From the NCBI GenBank assembly GCA_963847655.1, contig CAWKAS010000014.1, positions 29,584-93,583 of the forward strand: a stretch of DNA of 64,000 bases. Reading direction: 5' to 3'. Within the stretch, counting starts at the first letter, position 1, and each line of letters begins with the position of its first letter. Below are positions 31,065-40,320 of this stretch, in pieces. Under the pieces are notes generated by a model. It worked only from the letters and a program-made list of their open reading frames with translations. It did no database searches and was not told the DNA's origin. A program made the translations under genes and the position numbers. This DNA is from an uncultured Acidobacteriota bacterium (lineage in GTDB: Bacteria; Acidobacteriota; Vicinamibacteria; Fen-336).

Positions 31065-31495
31065 CAGAGGCTAGGAGTTCGAACCGGGGGCAACCCACCA
31101 GCACCCAGAAGCATGTAAGCGACGGGAAGCACGGGGAGAGCGACGAGTGAGCGACCTCGTGTGAGCGCGTGGATCGTGATGGGTTGGTGCCAACGTGGTG
31201 CCAAGCGAGCTCGCGGAGCCTGGCCGGCTTGGCGGGGGCGATCAGAACCCCCACCCCCGGGAGACCCTGGAGTGGGCTCGCCGGCATGGACAAACACTCG
31301 CCGCCGAGGTGGACCGTCTGCTGAAGGCCTCGCTTTCGCGGGTGCATCCCCCATCCGCACCGCTTTCGAGGAGATCCGACTCGTGAGACCTCGGGTCGCG
31401 CTCGACGAAGGGCGGCGGCGTCTCGGTCAGAGGTGGTAGTCTCGTGTGGAGCCCGCTCGGTCGGGGTCGCAGTCGACCGAACGAGGAGAGGTCCG

Positions 31496-32797
31496 GTGGC
31501 GAAGCAGACGCTCGCGGTCGTCATGGCTGGTGGCATGGGCGAGCGGCTACGGCCGCTTACCGACGTCAGGACCAAGCCCGCGGTTCCGTTCGGCGGCATC
31601 TATCGAATCATCGACTTCACCCTGAGCAACTGCCTCAACTCCGGTCTGTGGCAGGTATACGTCCTCACACAGTACAAGTCGCATTCGCTCACCAATCACA
31701 TCCAGGCGGGCTTTGGGTTTCTCTCGCGCCGGCTGAACCAGTTCGTCGAGACGATCCCAGCCCAGATGCAGACAGGTAGCCAGTGGTACGCGGGCACCGC
31801 CGACGCCATTCGGCAGAACCGGCTCTTCCTACAGCGCTCGGCGCCCCAGCAGGTCCTCGTTCTCTCGGGAGATCACATCTACAAGATGGACTACCGGATC
31901 ATGATCCACTTCCACCGAGAGCGCCGTGCCCGCGTCAGCGTGGCCTGCATCCGGGTCCCGGCGGAAAGCGCGCGTGGCCGGCTCGGTGTCGTGGAGGTCG
32001 ACGAGGAGGATCAGGTGACGGGGTTCGGGGAGAAGCCCGCCGAGCCCAAGACGATTCCGGGAACTGCCGACTGCCTGGCCTCGATGGGCATCTACCTGTT
32101 CAACTACGACGCCCTCCTCGAGACGCTGGACCTGGACGGGGAGGACTTTGGGCTGCACATCATCCCCAAGATGATCAAGGGCGGAGAACGCGTCTACGCC
32201 TACGACTTCACGAAGCGCAACCGCATCGCCGACTACGTGCACTTGTGGAAAGATGGTCTTCGCATGAAGGAGGTGAGCGATAACGCTCCCGACTCCGGCT
32301 ACTGGCGCGACGTGGGGACGCTCGACAGCTACTGGCGGGCGAACCTCGACCTTGTTTCCGTGGCGCCGCCTTTCAACCTGTACGGAGAGCTCTGGCCCTT
32401 GTTCGGTCGCCCGCAGCACGCCCCGCCGGCCAAGTTCGTGCACGAAGGCGACAGGACCGGTATCGCCATCAACTCCATCGTCTCTGAAGGAGTCATCGTG
32501 AGCGGCGCCCAGGTTCGGCGGAGCGTCCTCGGCCCCGGCACCTACATCCACTCCTACGCGACTATCGACCAATCGGTGCTCATGGGTGCGGCCCGGGAGA
32601 AGGGGACGCGCTACGAGACGACCATCGGCCGCCATTGCAGGATCCGCAACGCCATCATCGACAAGAACGTGCGAATCCAGGAAGGAGCGCACCTCGGCTT
32701 TGACCGAGCTCTCGACGAGCAGCGCGGCCTCACCACACTTTCCATCCCCGGCACGGACGAGTACCTCGTGGTCGTGCCGCGTGATGCCACCGTCTGA
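31496..32797 (+). CDS. glgC: Glucose-1-phosphate adenylyltransferase
   Basis: GTG start after a GAGGAGAG RBS. It has the MAGGMGERLRPLT nucleotidyltransferase motif, PAVPFGG and the left-handed beta-helix C-terminus. Confidence 0.9.
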   Translation: MAKQTLAVVMAGGMGERLRPLTDVRTKPAVPFGGIYRIIDFTLSNCLNSGLWQVYVLTQYKSHSLTNHIQAGFGFLSRRLNQFVETIPAQMQTGSQWYAGTADAIRQNRLFLQRSAPQQVLVLSGDHIYKMDYRIMIHFHRERRARVSVACIRVPAESARGRLGVVEVDEEDQVTGFGEKPAEPKTIPGTADCLASMGIYLFNYDALLETLDLDGEDFGLHIIPKMIKGGERVYAYDFTKRNRIADYVHLWKDGLRMKEVSDNAPDSGYWRDVGTLDSYWRANLDLVSVAPPFNLYGELWPLFGRPQHAPPAKFVHEGDRTGIAINSIVSEGVIVSGAQVRRSVLGPGTYIHSYATIDQSVLMGAAREKGTRYETTIGRHCRIRNAIIDKNVRIQEGAHLGFDRALDEQRGLTTLSIPGTDEYLVVVPRDATV

Positions 32798-32940
32798 CGG
32801 GCGCCTCGTGGAGCCGGCGGCCTGGGACCGCGGCATCGCCGGCCCGCGCCGAGCCGCGGGGCCAGACGGTGTGTTCGTCTACTGCTTCTTCAAGGGCACC
32901 GCCATCCGCTCGGATTGACCCTGGTGTCCGGAGGTGACTC

Positions 32941-33756
32941 ATGCTTGAATCGTGGCCGAGCCTGAGGGGCCTGGTGCTCGTCGTTCCTCTCGTCCTTCTG
33001 CCGGCGTGGTGGACGCTCGCCACCGCCGCGCCCCGGCCCGAGGCGGGAGTCACATTCACGGTCGTCTACGACAACACCGCGGTCGACGAGCGGCTGCAGC
33101 CGGACTGGGGATTCGCCTGCTTCGTCACCGGCAAGGAGCGGACCGTCCTCTTCGACACCGGGACGAAGCCGGACGTCTTATGGGCCAATTTGAGGAAGCT
33201 GCGCCTTCGACCCGAGGGCGTCGACGTCGTCGTGCTCTCCCACGAGCACGGGGACCACACGGGAGGCCTCTGGTCGTTTCTGGAGAGATGTCCGGACGTG
33301 ACGGTGGTGGCTCCCGACGGCTTTTCGTCGAAGTTCTTCGAGAGGGTGAAAACCGCCGGCGCCCGGAACCAGAGGATCGGGGCGCCAACCGTTGTCGGCG
33401 ACGGGCTGTGGGTGACCGGGGCCGTCGGCGGGGACATCGTCGAGCAGGCGCTCGTCGTCGAGACCTCGATGGGCCTCGTGGTCGTGACGGGCTGCAGCCA
33501 CCCCGGCGTCGTGGAGATCGTTCGGAAGGTCCAGGAGTTTCTGGCGCCGCCCATTCACCTGGTGTTCGGAGGCTTCCACCTTCTGAAAGCGTCCCCCGAA
33601 GGGGTGCGCGGTGTGATTCGGGACTTGAAGCAGCTCGGCGTGGAGCACGTCGGACCCACCCACTGCACCGGCGAGGAGGCCATCCGCCTCATCCAGGAGG
33701 GCTTCGGGAGCGACGATGTGAAGGTAGGGGCGGGGCGCATCCTGCGATTTCAGTAG
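32941..33756 (+). CDS. MBL-fold metallo-hydrolase (secreted)
   Basis: Signal peptide and the HxHxDH motif (SHEHGDHTGG). Confidence 0.8.
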   Translation: MLESWPSLRGLVLVVPLVLLPAWWTLATAAPRPEAGVTFTVVYDNTAVDERLQPDWGFACFVTGKERTVLFDTGTKPDVLWANLRKLRLRPEGVDVVVLSHEHGDHTGGLWSFLERCPDVTVVAPDGFSSKFFERVKTAGARNQRIGAPTVVGDGLWVTGAVGGDIVEQALVVETSMGLVVVTGCSHPGVVEIVRKVQEFLAPPIHLVFGGFHLLKASPEGVRGVIRDLKQLGVEHVGPTHCTGEEAIRLIQEGFGSDDVKVGAGRILRFQ

Positions 33757-34065
33757 CCGTTCGTGTGCTGGGCCTGGTCCTCTCTGTGCGCCGCGGGCCG
33801 CAGTGCCGCACGATATCCTGCTCGAAGGTCCGACCCTCGGGGCCGCGCACGAACTGCGTCGAGGCGAGGACCCGGGCGAGGGCGGGGTCGATCGCGGCCC
33901 GAAGGGGCCGGTACCGAGCCTGGAGGCCCATCCTCGGGGGCGGCGCCCGAGACGCCGCCCCCAGGATGCAAGCCCCCAGCGGGGTCTAGCCGCCTAGGAG
34001 TCCACCCCCGTCCGCCGGGGAGGCGTTCACCCGTCGCGCGGCAGGCCGGTTATCATGGGGCACCG

Positions 34066-34476
34066 ATGACCCCTGATCAGGTCGACGTCTTCCGGACGAG
34101 CCTGAACCGCTGTCTGGCCGCCAGCGGCTTCCTCGAGAGCTTCTACCAGAGCTTCGTCGGCTCCTCGGAAGAGGTGCGCGAGAAGTTCAAGAACACCGAC
34201 ATGAAGCGCCAGATCAAGATGCTCGAGGACTCCCTCTACGTCATGGCGGTGGCGGCGCAGGGGGGGCGGGGCAGCCCCGCCCGCGGCGCCCTCCCCGCGA
34301 TCGCCCGAAGACACAGCCGCGAGGACCTCGACATCCGGCCCGCACTCTACGACCTGTGGCTGTCGTCGCTGATCGAGACCGCTCGGCGCTACGACCCGGA
34401 CTTTACCGACGCCACCGAGGCGGCGTGGCGCGGCACCCTCTCCGCGGGCATCGAGTACATGCGCTCACGCTACTAG
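34066..34476 (+). CDS. Globin-like (sensor-globin/protoglobin-type) small protein
   Basis: 136 aa; FLESFYQSFVGSSEEVREKF...KML matches globin helix patterns. The TAG stop is contributed by a MITE terminus. Confidence 0.5.
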   Translation: MTPDQVDVFRTSLNRCLAASGFLESFYQSFVGSSEEVREKFKNTDMKRQIKMLEDSLYVMAVAAQGGRGSPARGALPAIARRHSREDLDIRPALYDLWLSSLIETARRYDPDFTDATEAAWRGTLSAGIEYMRSRY

Positions 34477-34658
34477 TGCTCCGTCGCCGAAGTCGTGTCT
34501 ACTTCACGGCCCGTGTCGCCTCGGGGGCTCGGCGTGCACCCCGGCTGCGGGCCCGCAAGCTTCGAAGGGAAGCAGGGTCCTCGCCGGGGTCCCCGCCCGC
34601 CGAGCCCCTTGGCCGCGCGGGAAGCCTTGTGTACTCGACTTCGGTGACGAGACACTAG
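34473..34658. mobile_element. MITE-like repeat element, copy B (186 bp, inverted relative to copy A)
   Basis: The termini CTAGTGCTCCGTCGCCGAAGTCG ... CGACTTCGGTGACGAGACACTAG are inverted repeats of each other. The central palindrome is CTGCGGGCCCGCAAG. It lies in the convergent globin/csp intergenic region. Confidence 0.6.
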
Positions 34659-34670
34659 CGCCTGCTGGGC

Positions 34671-34710
34671 AGCCAGAATGCAAAACGCCCGGAGCCTTTC
34701 GGCTCCGGGC
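34671..34710 (-). terminator. Rho-independent terminator of the cold-shock gene
   Basis: Perfect 10-bp stem GCCCGGAGCC-TTTC-GGCTCCGGGC, followed on the minus strand by GTTTTGCATTCT. Confidence 0.65.
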
Positions 34711-34734
34711 GCCGGTGTGGTTCGACGAACTCCG

Positions 34735-34935
34735 CTAGAGCGGGGTGACGTTGGCCGCGCGGGGCCCCTTGGGGCTGTCGACGACCTCGAACTGCACCTT
34801 GTCACCTTCGTTCAGAGTCCGGTATCCGTCCGTCCGGATCTCCGTGTGATGCACGAAGACATCCGGCCCGTCTTCACGGGAGAGAAAACCGAAACCCTTC
34901 GACTCGTTGAACCACTTGACGCTACCTTCGATCAT
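34735..34935 (-). CDS. Cold-shock protein (CspA family)
   Basis: 66 aa; [15 protein letters not shown]-1 motif and VFVHH RNP-2 motif. Confidence 0.95.
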   Translation of the reverse strand: MIEGSVKWFNESKGFGFLSREDGPDVFVHHTEIRTDGYRTLNEGDKVQFEVVDSPKGPRAANVTPL

Positions 34936-35193
34936 TTACGGGAGGCCTCCCTGGCCTCGTGCCCGCCGGTCCGCTCCCTGCACGTCCACAAACAAGAAAG
35001 AGCCGCCCACCGCGGGCGACTCTCTGTCCTAACGCCAAAGCAACGCCGACTAGCTGAAGGAAGTGTACAGCCTCGGGGGGGCGCCGTCAAATGGCCCCGA
35101 TCTTCCCTTTGGCCCGGGGGCAGCGTAAGATGCGCCTGACCGTCCCGCACAACTCCCAGGTCGCAGTTCCGGCTTCCGCGGGTGGAGGTGTCC

Positions 35194-35724
35194 ATGGGCG
35201 CGAGCGAGTTCGAAGAGGCCTACGAGGACGAGCCCGGCCAGTATGAGCGGGAGGAGGAGAGCCTCGGCCAGGCCATCCTGGAGGCGACCATCCGCGACCT
35301 GAAGCCCAGGCCGGCGGGCACGCTGCGGGAGGCGGCCACCATCCGCGCCGCGGTCCAGCTGATGCTGGAGGAGAAGCTGGGCGCGGTCATCGTGGAACGA
35401 GAGGGCCAGCCCGTGGGTATCTTCACCGAGCGCGACCTGATGCGGCGCGTGGTGGCGGCGGGGATCGGCCTCGACCGGGCCCTCGAGGAGGTCATGACCC
35501 CCGACCCCGAGACCCTCGGCCTCGACGACGGGATCGCCTACGCCCTGAACCGCATGACGGTGGGGGGCTTCCGGAACATCCCGATCGTGGACGAGAACGA
35601 GGCGCTGGTGGGCATCATCTCCCAGCGCGAGGTCGTCAACTACATCGTCTCGCTCCTGCCCAGCCACGTCATCAACCTCCCCCCGCTCCCGGACCTGGAG
35701 GCCCGCTCCAAGCACGGGGGCTGA
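35194..35724 (+). CDS. CBS domain pair protein
   Basis: Two CBS motifs (VIVEREGQPVGIFTERDLMRRV; IPIVDENEALVGIISQREV). A GGTGGAGGTG RBS precedes the ATG. Confidence 0.8.
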   Translation: MGASEFEEAYEDEPGQYEREEESLGQAILEATIRDLKPRPAGTLREAATIRAAVQLMLEEKLGAVIVEREGQPVGIFTERDLMRRVVAAGIGLDRALEEVMTPDPETLGLDDGIAYALNRMTVGGFRNIPIVDENEALVGIISQREVVNYIVSLLPSHVINLPPLPDLEARSKHGG

Positions 35725-35755
35725 TCACTGCGGGTCATTGCGGGTCCGCCCTTTC

Positions 35756-35793
35756 ATTGCGGGTCCGCTTCGTCCGATCGTCGGACCCGCAAT
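35756..35793. terminator. Strong stem-loop (12-bp stem ATTGCGGGTCCG / CGGACCCGCAAT) preceded by two further direct copies of the left arm
   Basis: Read directly. It lies between the convergent CBS gene and the large membrane-protein gene and is probably a bidirectional terminator. Confidence 0.45.
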
Positions 35794-35825
35794 CTCCGTC
35801 ACCGCTCCGCTCCCCGTGCCCCGCT

Positions 35826-36050
35826 CGCCTCCCGCCCCGCTCCTGCCTCTCCGTTCTCACCTCCTCCGTCTCTCACCTCCGGCGCCCCTTCGCCCGGCTC
35901 GCCTCCGTCCCCCTCGCCCCCCGCCACCACCCTTCCGCCTACGACCCTTCCTCGCCCCCTTCCGCCTCTCCGTCCTCACCTCCCCCGTCTCTTACCCCCG
36001 CCGTCCCTCCGCCCGGCTCGCCTCCGTCCCTCGACTCCACCGCCCCCGCC
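35826..36050. repeat. Degenerate tandem duplication (~105 bp x2) straddling the stop codon of the 1428-aa gene
   Basis: The unit at 35943-36045 encodes the C-terminal ...GVRDGGGEDGEAEGGEEGS. A diverged copy lies immediately downstream of the stop at 35835-35935. Confidence 0.5.
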
Positions 36051-39000
36051 CGCCTCCGCGTCAGCCTCCTCCACACCCCTCCGCTCCCGAACGCGCTCCA
36101 CCCCCACCCAACGGCCCGCACCAGGCTCGCTGCGAGCCACAGCGCCCACACCAGCATCCCCACCCGGTAGACCCACAGCGGCAGGCTGAGCACTCCCGCG
36201 CTCGGGGTCTCGCCGCCCACCCGATCCGCGTACCAGCGCAGGACGGTGTCGGTGCTGCCGTTCCCGGCCACCTGCATGTCGGGTCGGAAGAGGAGCCCGG
36301 TGTGGATCGCGATGTAGAGGAGCGCGAGGCTCACCACGGCCCACAGGACGAGGCCCATCTGCATGAGGTCGTGGGCCGCGGCTCCCTCGGGCCGCCGCTC
36401 CCGTCGCATGGCGAGGGCGAACACGAAGCCCGCCACCACGAGGGCGCCGAGTGCCGGGATCTGGCTGAGTCCCAGCCCGAGCAGGACCCACTGGAGGCTG
36501 GTGAGCGGGCTCCAGGGGAGGCGCCCCAGCGCCCAGGAGACGGCCAGCAGGAAGACGAAGTAGGGCCAGAAGAGAACCGCGGGCCCCCAGGCCGGACCCC
36601 AGGTCAGGATCAGCCACCGCGACGGGGGAAGGGTCAGCTGCTGGGTCACGTTGACCGCGGCCCCGGGCAGGCCCACCCGGGGGAAGGCGTAGACGACGCC
36701 CATGCCCCGGGGCTGCTGCCAGCGCACCTCCACGCGGTGGGAGCCCGCCGGCACCGTCACCCGCAGCTCGCCTCCTTCGGGGCGCAGGGGCCGCTCCATC
36801 CCGTCGAGGGTCACCTGCTGCACCTCGGCCGCCTCGGGGAGGCGCAGGAGGAGCGGCTGCTCGCGGCTGCTGCGCGCCTGCACGGCGAGCTCCACGCGCT
36901 CGAGCCGCGTGCCGGGTGTCGCGTTCAGGTGCACGGAGTCGAGGGTCAGGGTCTGGCCCTCGACTCCGGGCGGGTGGGCCAGGGAGATCTCGAGAGACTC
37001 GCCGGGCCACGGCCGGAACTCCGGCTCGAAGACGCCGCTCTCGATCCGCTGAAGCGGGGGCAGGCCCTCGGTCGTGCACGACCAGACCGCGCTGCACTGC
37101 AGCCGCCAGACCTCCGACCACGCTCGCCCCTCGGGGGCCTCCAGCGCGATTCGCGGCGCCTGCTCCAGCGTGGAGCGCCAGCTCGTCTGCACCTGGTCGC
37201 GGCCCAGGCTCACCGCCGCCTCGCCGTCCTCGACCACGAGGTCGTCCTGCGTCGGCGCCTCCCCGGCCAGGAGCGGGACGCGCACCGCCACCGGGGTCCC
37301 CAGCGGCGTCACCCGACGCACGTGGGTCTCCACCGTCCACGTCACGCCGAAGCCGAGAGTGCGGGTGACCTCGAGCCAGGGAGCGTATCGTCCTTCCGGA
37401 GCCCCACCGCCCGCCCGGGAGCTCAGGCGCCGCGAGACCAGGATGGACGCCTCCGGTGGCCCGTCCGTCCTCAGACCGCTCACCTCCCAGGCCGGCGCGT
37501 CCGCGCGGGCCCGTCGGGGCGGGTCGGCGAACTGGAGGGTGAAGCTGTCGCCCGGGGGCACCGGCCCGGAGGCCTCGATCCGGTGGACACCCGGGGCGAG
37601 GCGGACGTGGAGGAACCCGTCGCGGAGGTGCGCCACCGCCACCGCCGGCGATCCGTCGAGGAGCACCTGGGCCGCGGCCCAGCTCCCCAGCGGACCGGGG
37701 ACCGCCCACGTGCCGGCGGCGGCCGCGTGGACCTCCGCGCCCACCGCGAGGCGGGAGTCGGTGAGCCGGAGGAGCAGGCTCGGCGTCGTCACACACTGCG
37801 GCTCGCAGGGCTCGGGCCGGGTGAGGCGCTGCTTCAGCTCTTCGAGGATCTCGGGGCGGGGGGGGCTCGACCCTTGCGCTCGGGAGACGCCGGGCGCCAG
37901 GAGGAGCAGCGCGCCGAGGGCGGCCGCCACGGGCACGGGTGTGCCTCGGCGGGGCCGGCGCGGCCAGCGACCGGTGAGAAACACGAAGGTGAGGACGCCC
38001 AGGAGGACGAGCCGCACCAGGGTCAGCAGGCGGTTGAGGCCCGGGGAGGCGAGGAACAGGCGCATCCGGTGGTCCGGCCCCACCGGCCCGCTCCAGCTCA
38101 GGGAATACGTCCGCCACGTCCAGCTCGGCACGCCGGGTCCGGTCTGGAGCACGGCCTTGGGATCCTGCTCGAGGGCCACGTTGTAGGAGTAGCGTTCGGA
38201 GAGGGAAGAGACTCCCTTGGTCTCGTCCGCCGTCTGCGGCACGTTCGCCCGCTTCTTCACGCGGTCGACCTCGTCTTCGGCGACACCTTCGACGGCCTGG
38301 ACCTCGGCCGGGGGCGCCTGGGGGACGGGCGCCGGAGCGGTGGCCATCGGCAGCGTGTCCTGCACGCCGCCGACGATGCCGCCCGTCCGTCCGTGGCCCA
38401 TCACGGGCGCCCCGCCGTCCGCGACCTGCGGGAAGAGCGCGTTGCGCACCTGGTCGCGGGCGAAGGGGACGAGGAGCAGCACGAGGACGCCCGCGCTCAC
38501 CAGGAACCAGACCCGGCCGAGAGAGCCCAGGCGTCCCTCGGGCGCCACACGCCGCAGGGCGATGGCGGCCAGGAGGCTGAGCCAGACGAGGAAGGGGGCG
38601 CCCGGCTCCCCGTGGGTGAGGACGAGCGTGACCACGGCCAGCACCGCGTGGCGTGGGCCGAAGAGGCGGTAGGCCCCGAAGGCCACGAGGAGGACGAAGA
38701 AGAACCCGAGGAGGGTCCAGCGGGACGTCCAGGTGCCGGGGAGCGCGTCGACGCCGCGGGCGCCGAGAAGGCTCCAGCCGGGGGGAAGGTGCAGCCGCGC
38801 CTGGAGCTGCTCGACCCCGGTCGACCACCCCACCGCGGGCAGGGCCCCGCCCAGGGTGAGGTGTGAGTCGGCCTCCAGCTGGAGCGCCGAGCGGCGCAGC
38901 TCGACGCCCGCCGTCCCGGTCCCGGGGTTCGCGGTGACGAGCTGGTCCTGGCCGTCCACCGCCACCCGGCCCAGGACGCCGGGCTCGAGAAGGTCGAGGC

Positions 39001-40225
39001 GTGTCGCCCCGTGGAGGGTCCCGCCGAAGGAGTCGCGGACGCTGGCGCCCCCGCCCGCGGGGTCGAGCCAGATCTGGCGGGAGAGACGCACCGCGTCGGG
39101 GGCGGCCTCGGGCTGCCCGCGGCGCACGGTCGGGATGGCGAGCACGCCCCCGGGCTCCACCAGGAAGGCGGGCAGCGTGGTCCACTCCGGGGGCAGCTCG
39201 GTCCGCGAGGGATCGATGGCGGCCGCTCCGGAGAGCTCGACCTGCCGCAGGCGCTCGTCGGCCGCGAACACCCAGACCTCGCGCTCCGGCCAGTCGACGG
39301 CCGCGGGTCCGGCCTCCCGGCCTGACGGGGAAGACGAGGGACGCCCCAGGGACTCGGGGCGACCCTCGACCCGGGCGAGGACGCGGACGGCGTAGCGGCC
39401 GCCACGGACCTGGACACGGAGCGCCCCGTCCTCGACCCGTGCGGGCAGATCACCGCTCACCGCCACCGCGACCGAGCCGGGCAGGAGGGCTGCGGGGAAC
39501 GTCACCTCGCGGGCGCGTCCCGACACCTCGAGCTGGAGTCGCGTCTCCACGAAGAGGGGGATGCCGTCCTCGATGTGGCGGAAGACCTGAAGGCGCAGGC
39601 GCTCGCCCTCTCCCGCGCTCTCGTCGCTCCGCGCGCGCAGCCACAGGAGCCCTCCCTTCTCGCGCCGCGGGCGAGCGACGGGACGGCCGTCCAGGCTCAG
39701 CTCGACGAGGCCGATCGAGGAGGGGATGGAGAGCGACTCGGGAAGGCGCGACCAGGCGAAGCGGCCGCTCACGAGGTGGCGCCCGGGGGTCAGACGCAGG
39801 CGTGGCGTGCCGCCCCTGGCGAACACCGGCTCCGCGCGTCCGTCCACGCGCACGTCCTGGGGCCAGAGCTGGGCGGTCCCCGGCAGGCCCAGGTCCGCCT
39901 CGCGATCGGCGTGGACGGCCAGGGTGAACTGCCCCCCCCCGCCGTCGAGGTTGAGGCGGAGACGCCCCGGCCACACGCAGACCGGGTTCCCGTCCACCCG
40001 AGGACATCCCAGCCCCGGGACGGCGTCGAGGACCCAGGGCACCCAGGGGCGCAGCTCCGGCGGCAGGCTCTGTCGCGAGATCGGCTGCGCGGCGGCGGGA
40101 CGGGGGGTGCCCGCGCTCATCACCAGAGCGAGGGCGGTCAGGGCGAGCGGCAGGGGTCCTCGGCGCACAAGACACCTCCTCGGGGCACAGCCTCCCGGCC
40201 GCCGCCCGGTCAGACGACGCCGCAA
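35939..40225 (-). CDS. Large (1428 aa) secreted/multi-pass membrane protein of unknown function
   Basis: Continuous ORF with a signal peptide (LALTALALVMSAGTPRPAAA). TM clusters lie at ~residues 590-660, 810-830 and 1290-1400, with large beta-rich extracytoplasmic regions and a Gly/Glu-rich tail. No recognisable catalytic motif. Confidence 0.7.
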   Translation of the reverse strand: MRRRLTGRRPGGCAPRRCLVRRGPLPLALTALALVMSAGTPRPAAAQPISRQSLPPELRPWVPWVLDAVPGLGCPRVDGNPVCVWPGRLRLNLDGGGGQFTLAVHADREADLGLPGTAQLWPQDVRVDGRAEPVFARGGTPRLRLTPGRHLVSGRFAWSRLPESLSIPSSIGLVELSLDGRPVARPRREKGGLLWLRARSDESAGEGERLRLQVFRHIEDGIPLFVETRLQLEVSGRAREVTFPAALLPGSVAVAVSGDLPARVEDGALRVQVRGGRYAVRVLARVEGRPESLGRPSSSPSGREAGPAAVDWPEREVWVFAADERLRQVELSGAAAIDPSRTELPPEWTTLPAFLVEPGGVLAIPTVRRGQPEAAPDAVRLSRQIWLDPAGGGASVRDSFGGTLHGATRLDLLEPGVLGRVAVDGQDQLVTANPGTGTAGVELRRSALQLEADSHLTLGGALPAVGWSTGVEQLQARLHLPPGWSLLGARGVDALPGTWTSRWTLLGFFFVLLVAFGAYRLFGPRHAVLAVVTLVLTHGEPGAPFLVWLSLLAAIALRRVAPEGRLGSLGRVWFLVSAGVLVLLLVPFARDQVRNALFPQVADGGAPVMGHGRTGGIVGGVQDTLPMATAPAPVPQAPPAEVQAVEGVAEDEVDRVKKRANVPQTADETKGVSSLSERYSYNVALEQDPKAVLQTGPGVPSWTWRTYSLSWSGPVGPDHRMRLFLASPGLNRLLTLVRLVLLGVLTFVFLTGRWPRRPRRGTPVPVAAALGALLLLAPGVSRAQGSSPPRPEILEELKQRLTRPEPCEPQCVTTPSLLLRLTDSRLAVGAEVHAAAAGTWAVPGPLGSWAAAQVLLDGSPAVAVAHLRDGFLHVRLAPGVHRIEASGPVPPGDSFTLQFADPPRRARADAPAWEVSGLRTDGPPEASILVSRRLSSRAGGGAPEGRYAPWLEVTRTLGFGVTWTVETHVRRVTPLGTPVAVRVPLLAGEAPTQDDLVVEDGEAAVSLGRDQVQTSWRSTLEQAPRIALEAPEGRAWSEVWRLQCSAVWSCTTEGLPPLQRIESGVFEPEFRPWPGESLEISLAHPPGVEGQTLTLDSVHLNATPGTRLERVELAVQARSSREQPLLLRLPEAAEVQQVTLDGMERPLRPEGGELRVTVPAGSHRVEVRWQQPRGMGVVYAFPRVGLPGAAVNVTQQLTLPPSRWLILTWGPAWGPAVLFWPYFVFLLAVSWALGRLPWSPLTSLQWVLLGLGLSQIPALGALVVAGFVFALAMRRERRPEGAAAHDLMQMGLVLWAVVSLALLYIAIHTGLLFRPDMQVAGNGSTDTVLRWYADRVGGETPSAGVLSLPLWVYRVGMLVWALWLAASLVRAVGWGWSAFGSGGVWRRLTRRRAGAVESRDGGEPGGGTAGVRDGGGEDGEAEGGEEGS

Positions 40226-40320
40226 GGATACGGGCTATCCCCGGAGAGTGGGAGTCCCGGCGCCGCGAGGGGTGATAGGCTTCGGCTCGGCTCACGCAGG
40301 GTTCTGCGGAAGGGGGGACC

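Noticed and set aside
31033-31120. A complete tRNA gene (minus strand)
   Set aside because: Only the T-arm, acceptor 3' strand and CCA are present. No sequence within 90 nt can pair as the 5' acceptor strand, D-arm or anticodon arm. It is called a fragment instead.
31195-31386. 63-aa ORF (…NPHPRETLEWARRHGQTLAAEVDRLLKASL…) as a confident gene
   Set aside because: Its codon bias is coding-like, but it has no RBS and no recognisable family, and it sits inside the tRNA-fragment region. It is mentioned only as a possibility.
30960-31440. tmRNA (ssrA), one-piece or permuted
   Set aside because: The acceptor lacks the G3:U70 alanine identity pair. No tag-peptide reading frame ending in ...AA-stop was found on either strand, and there is no pseudoknot-rich body.
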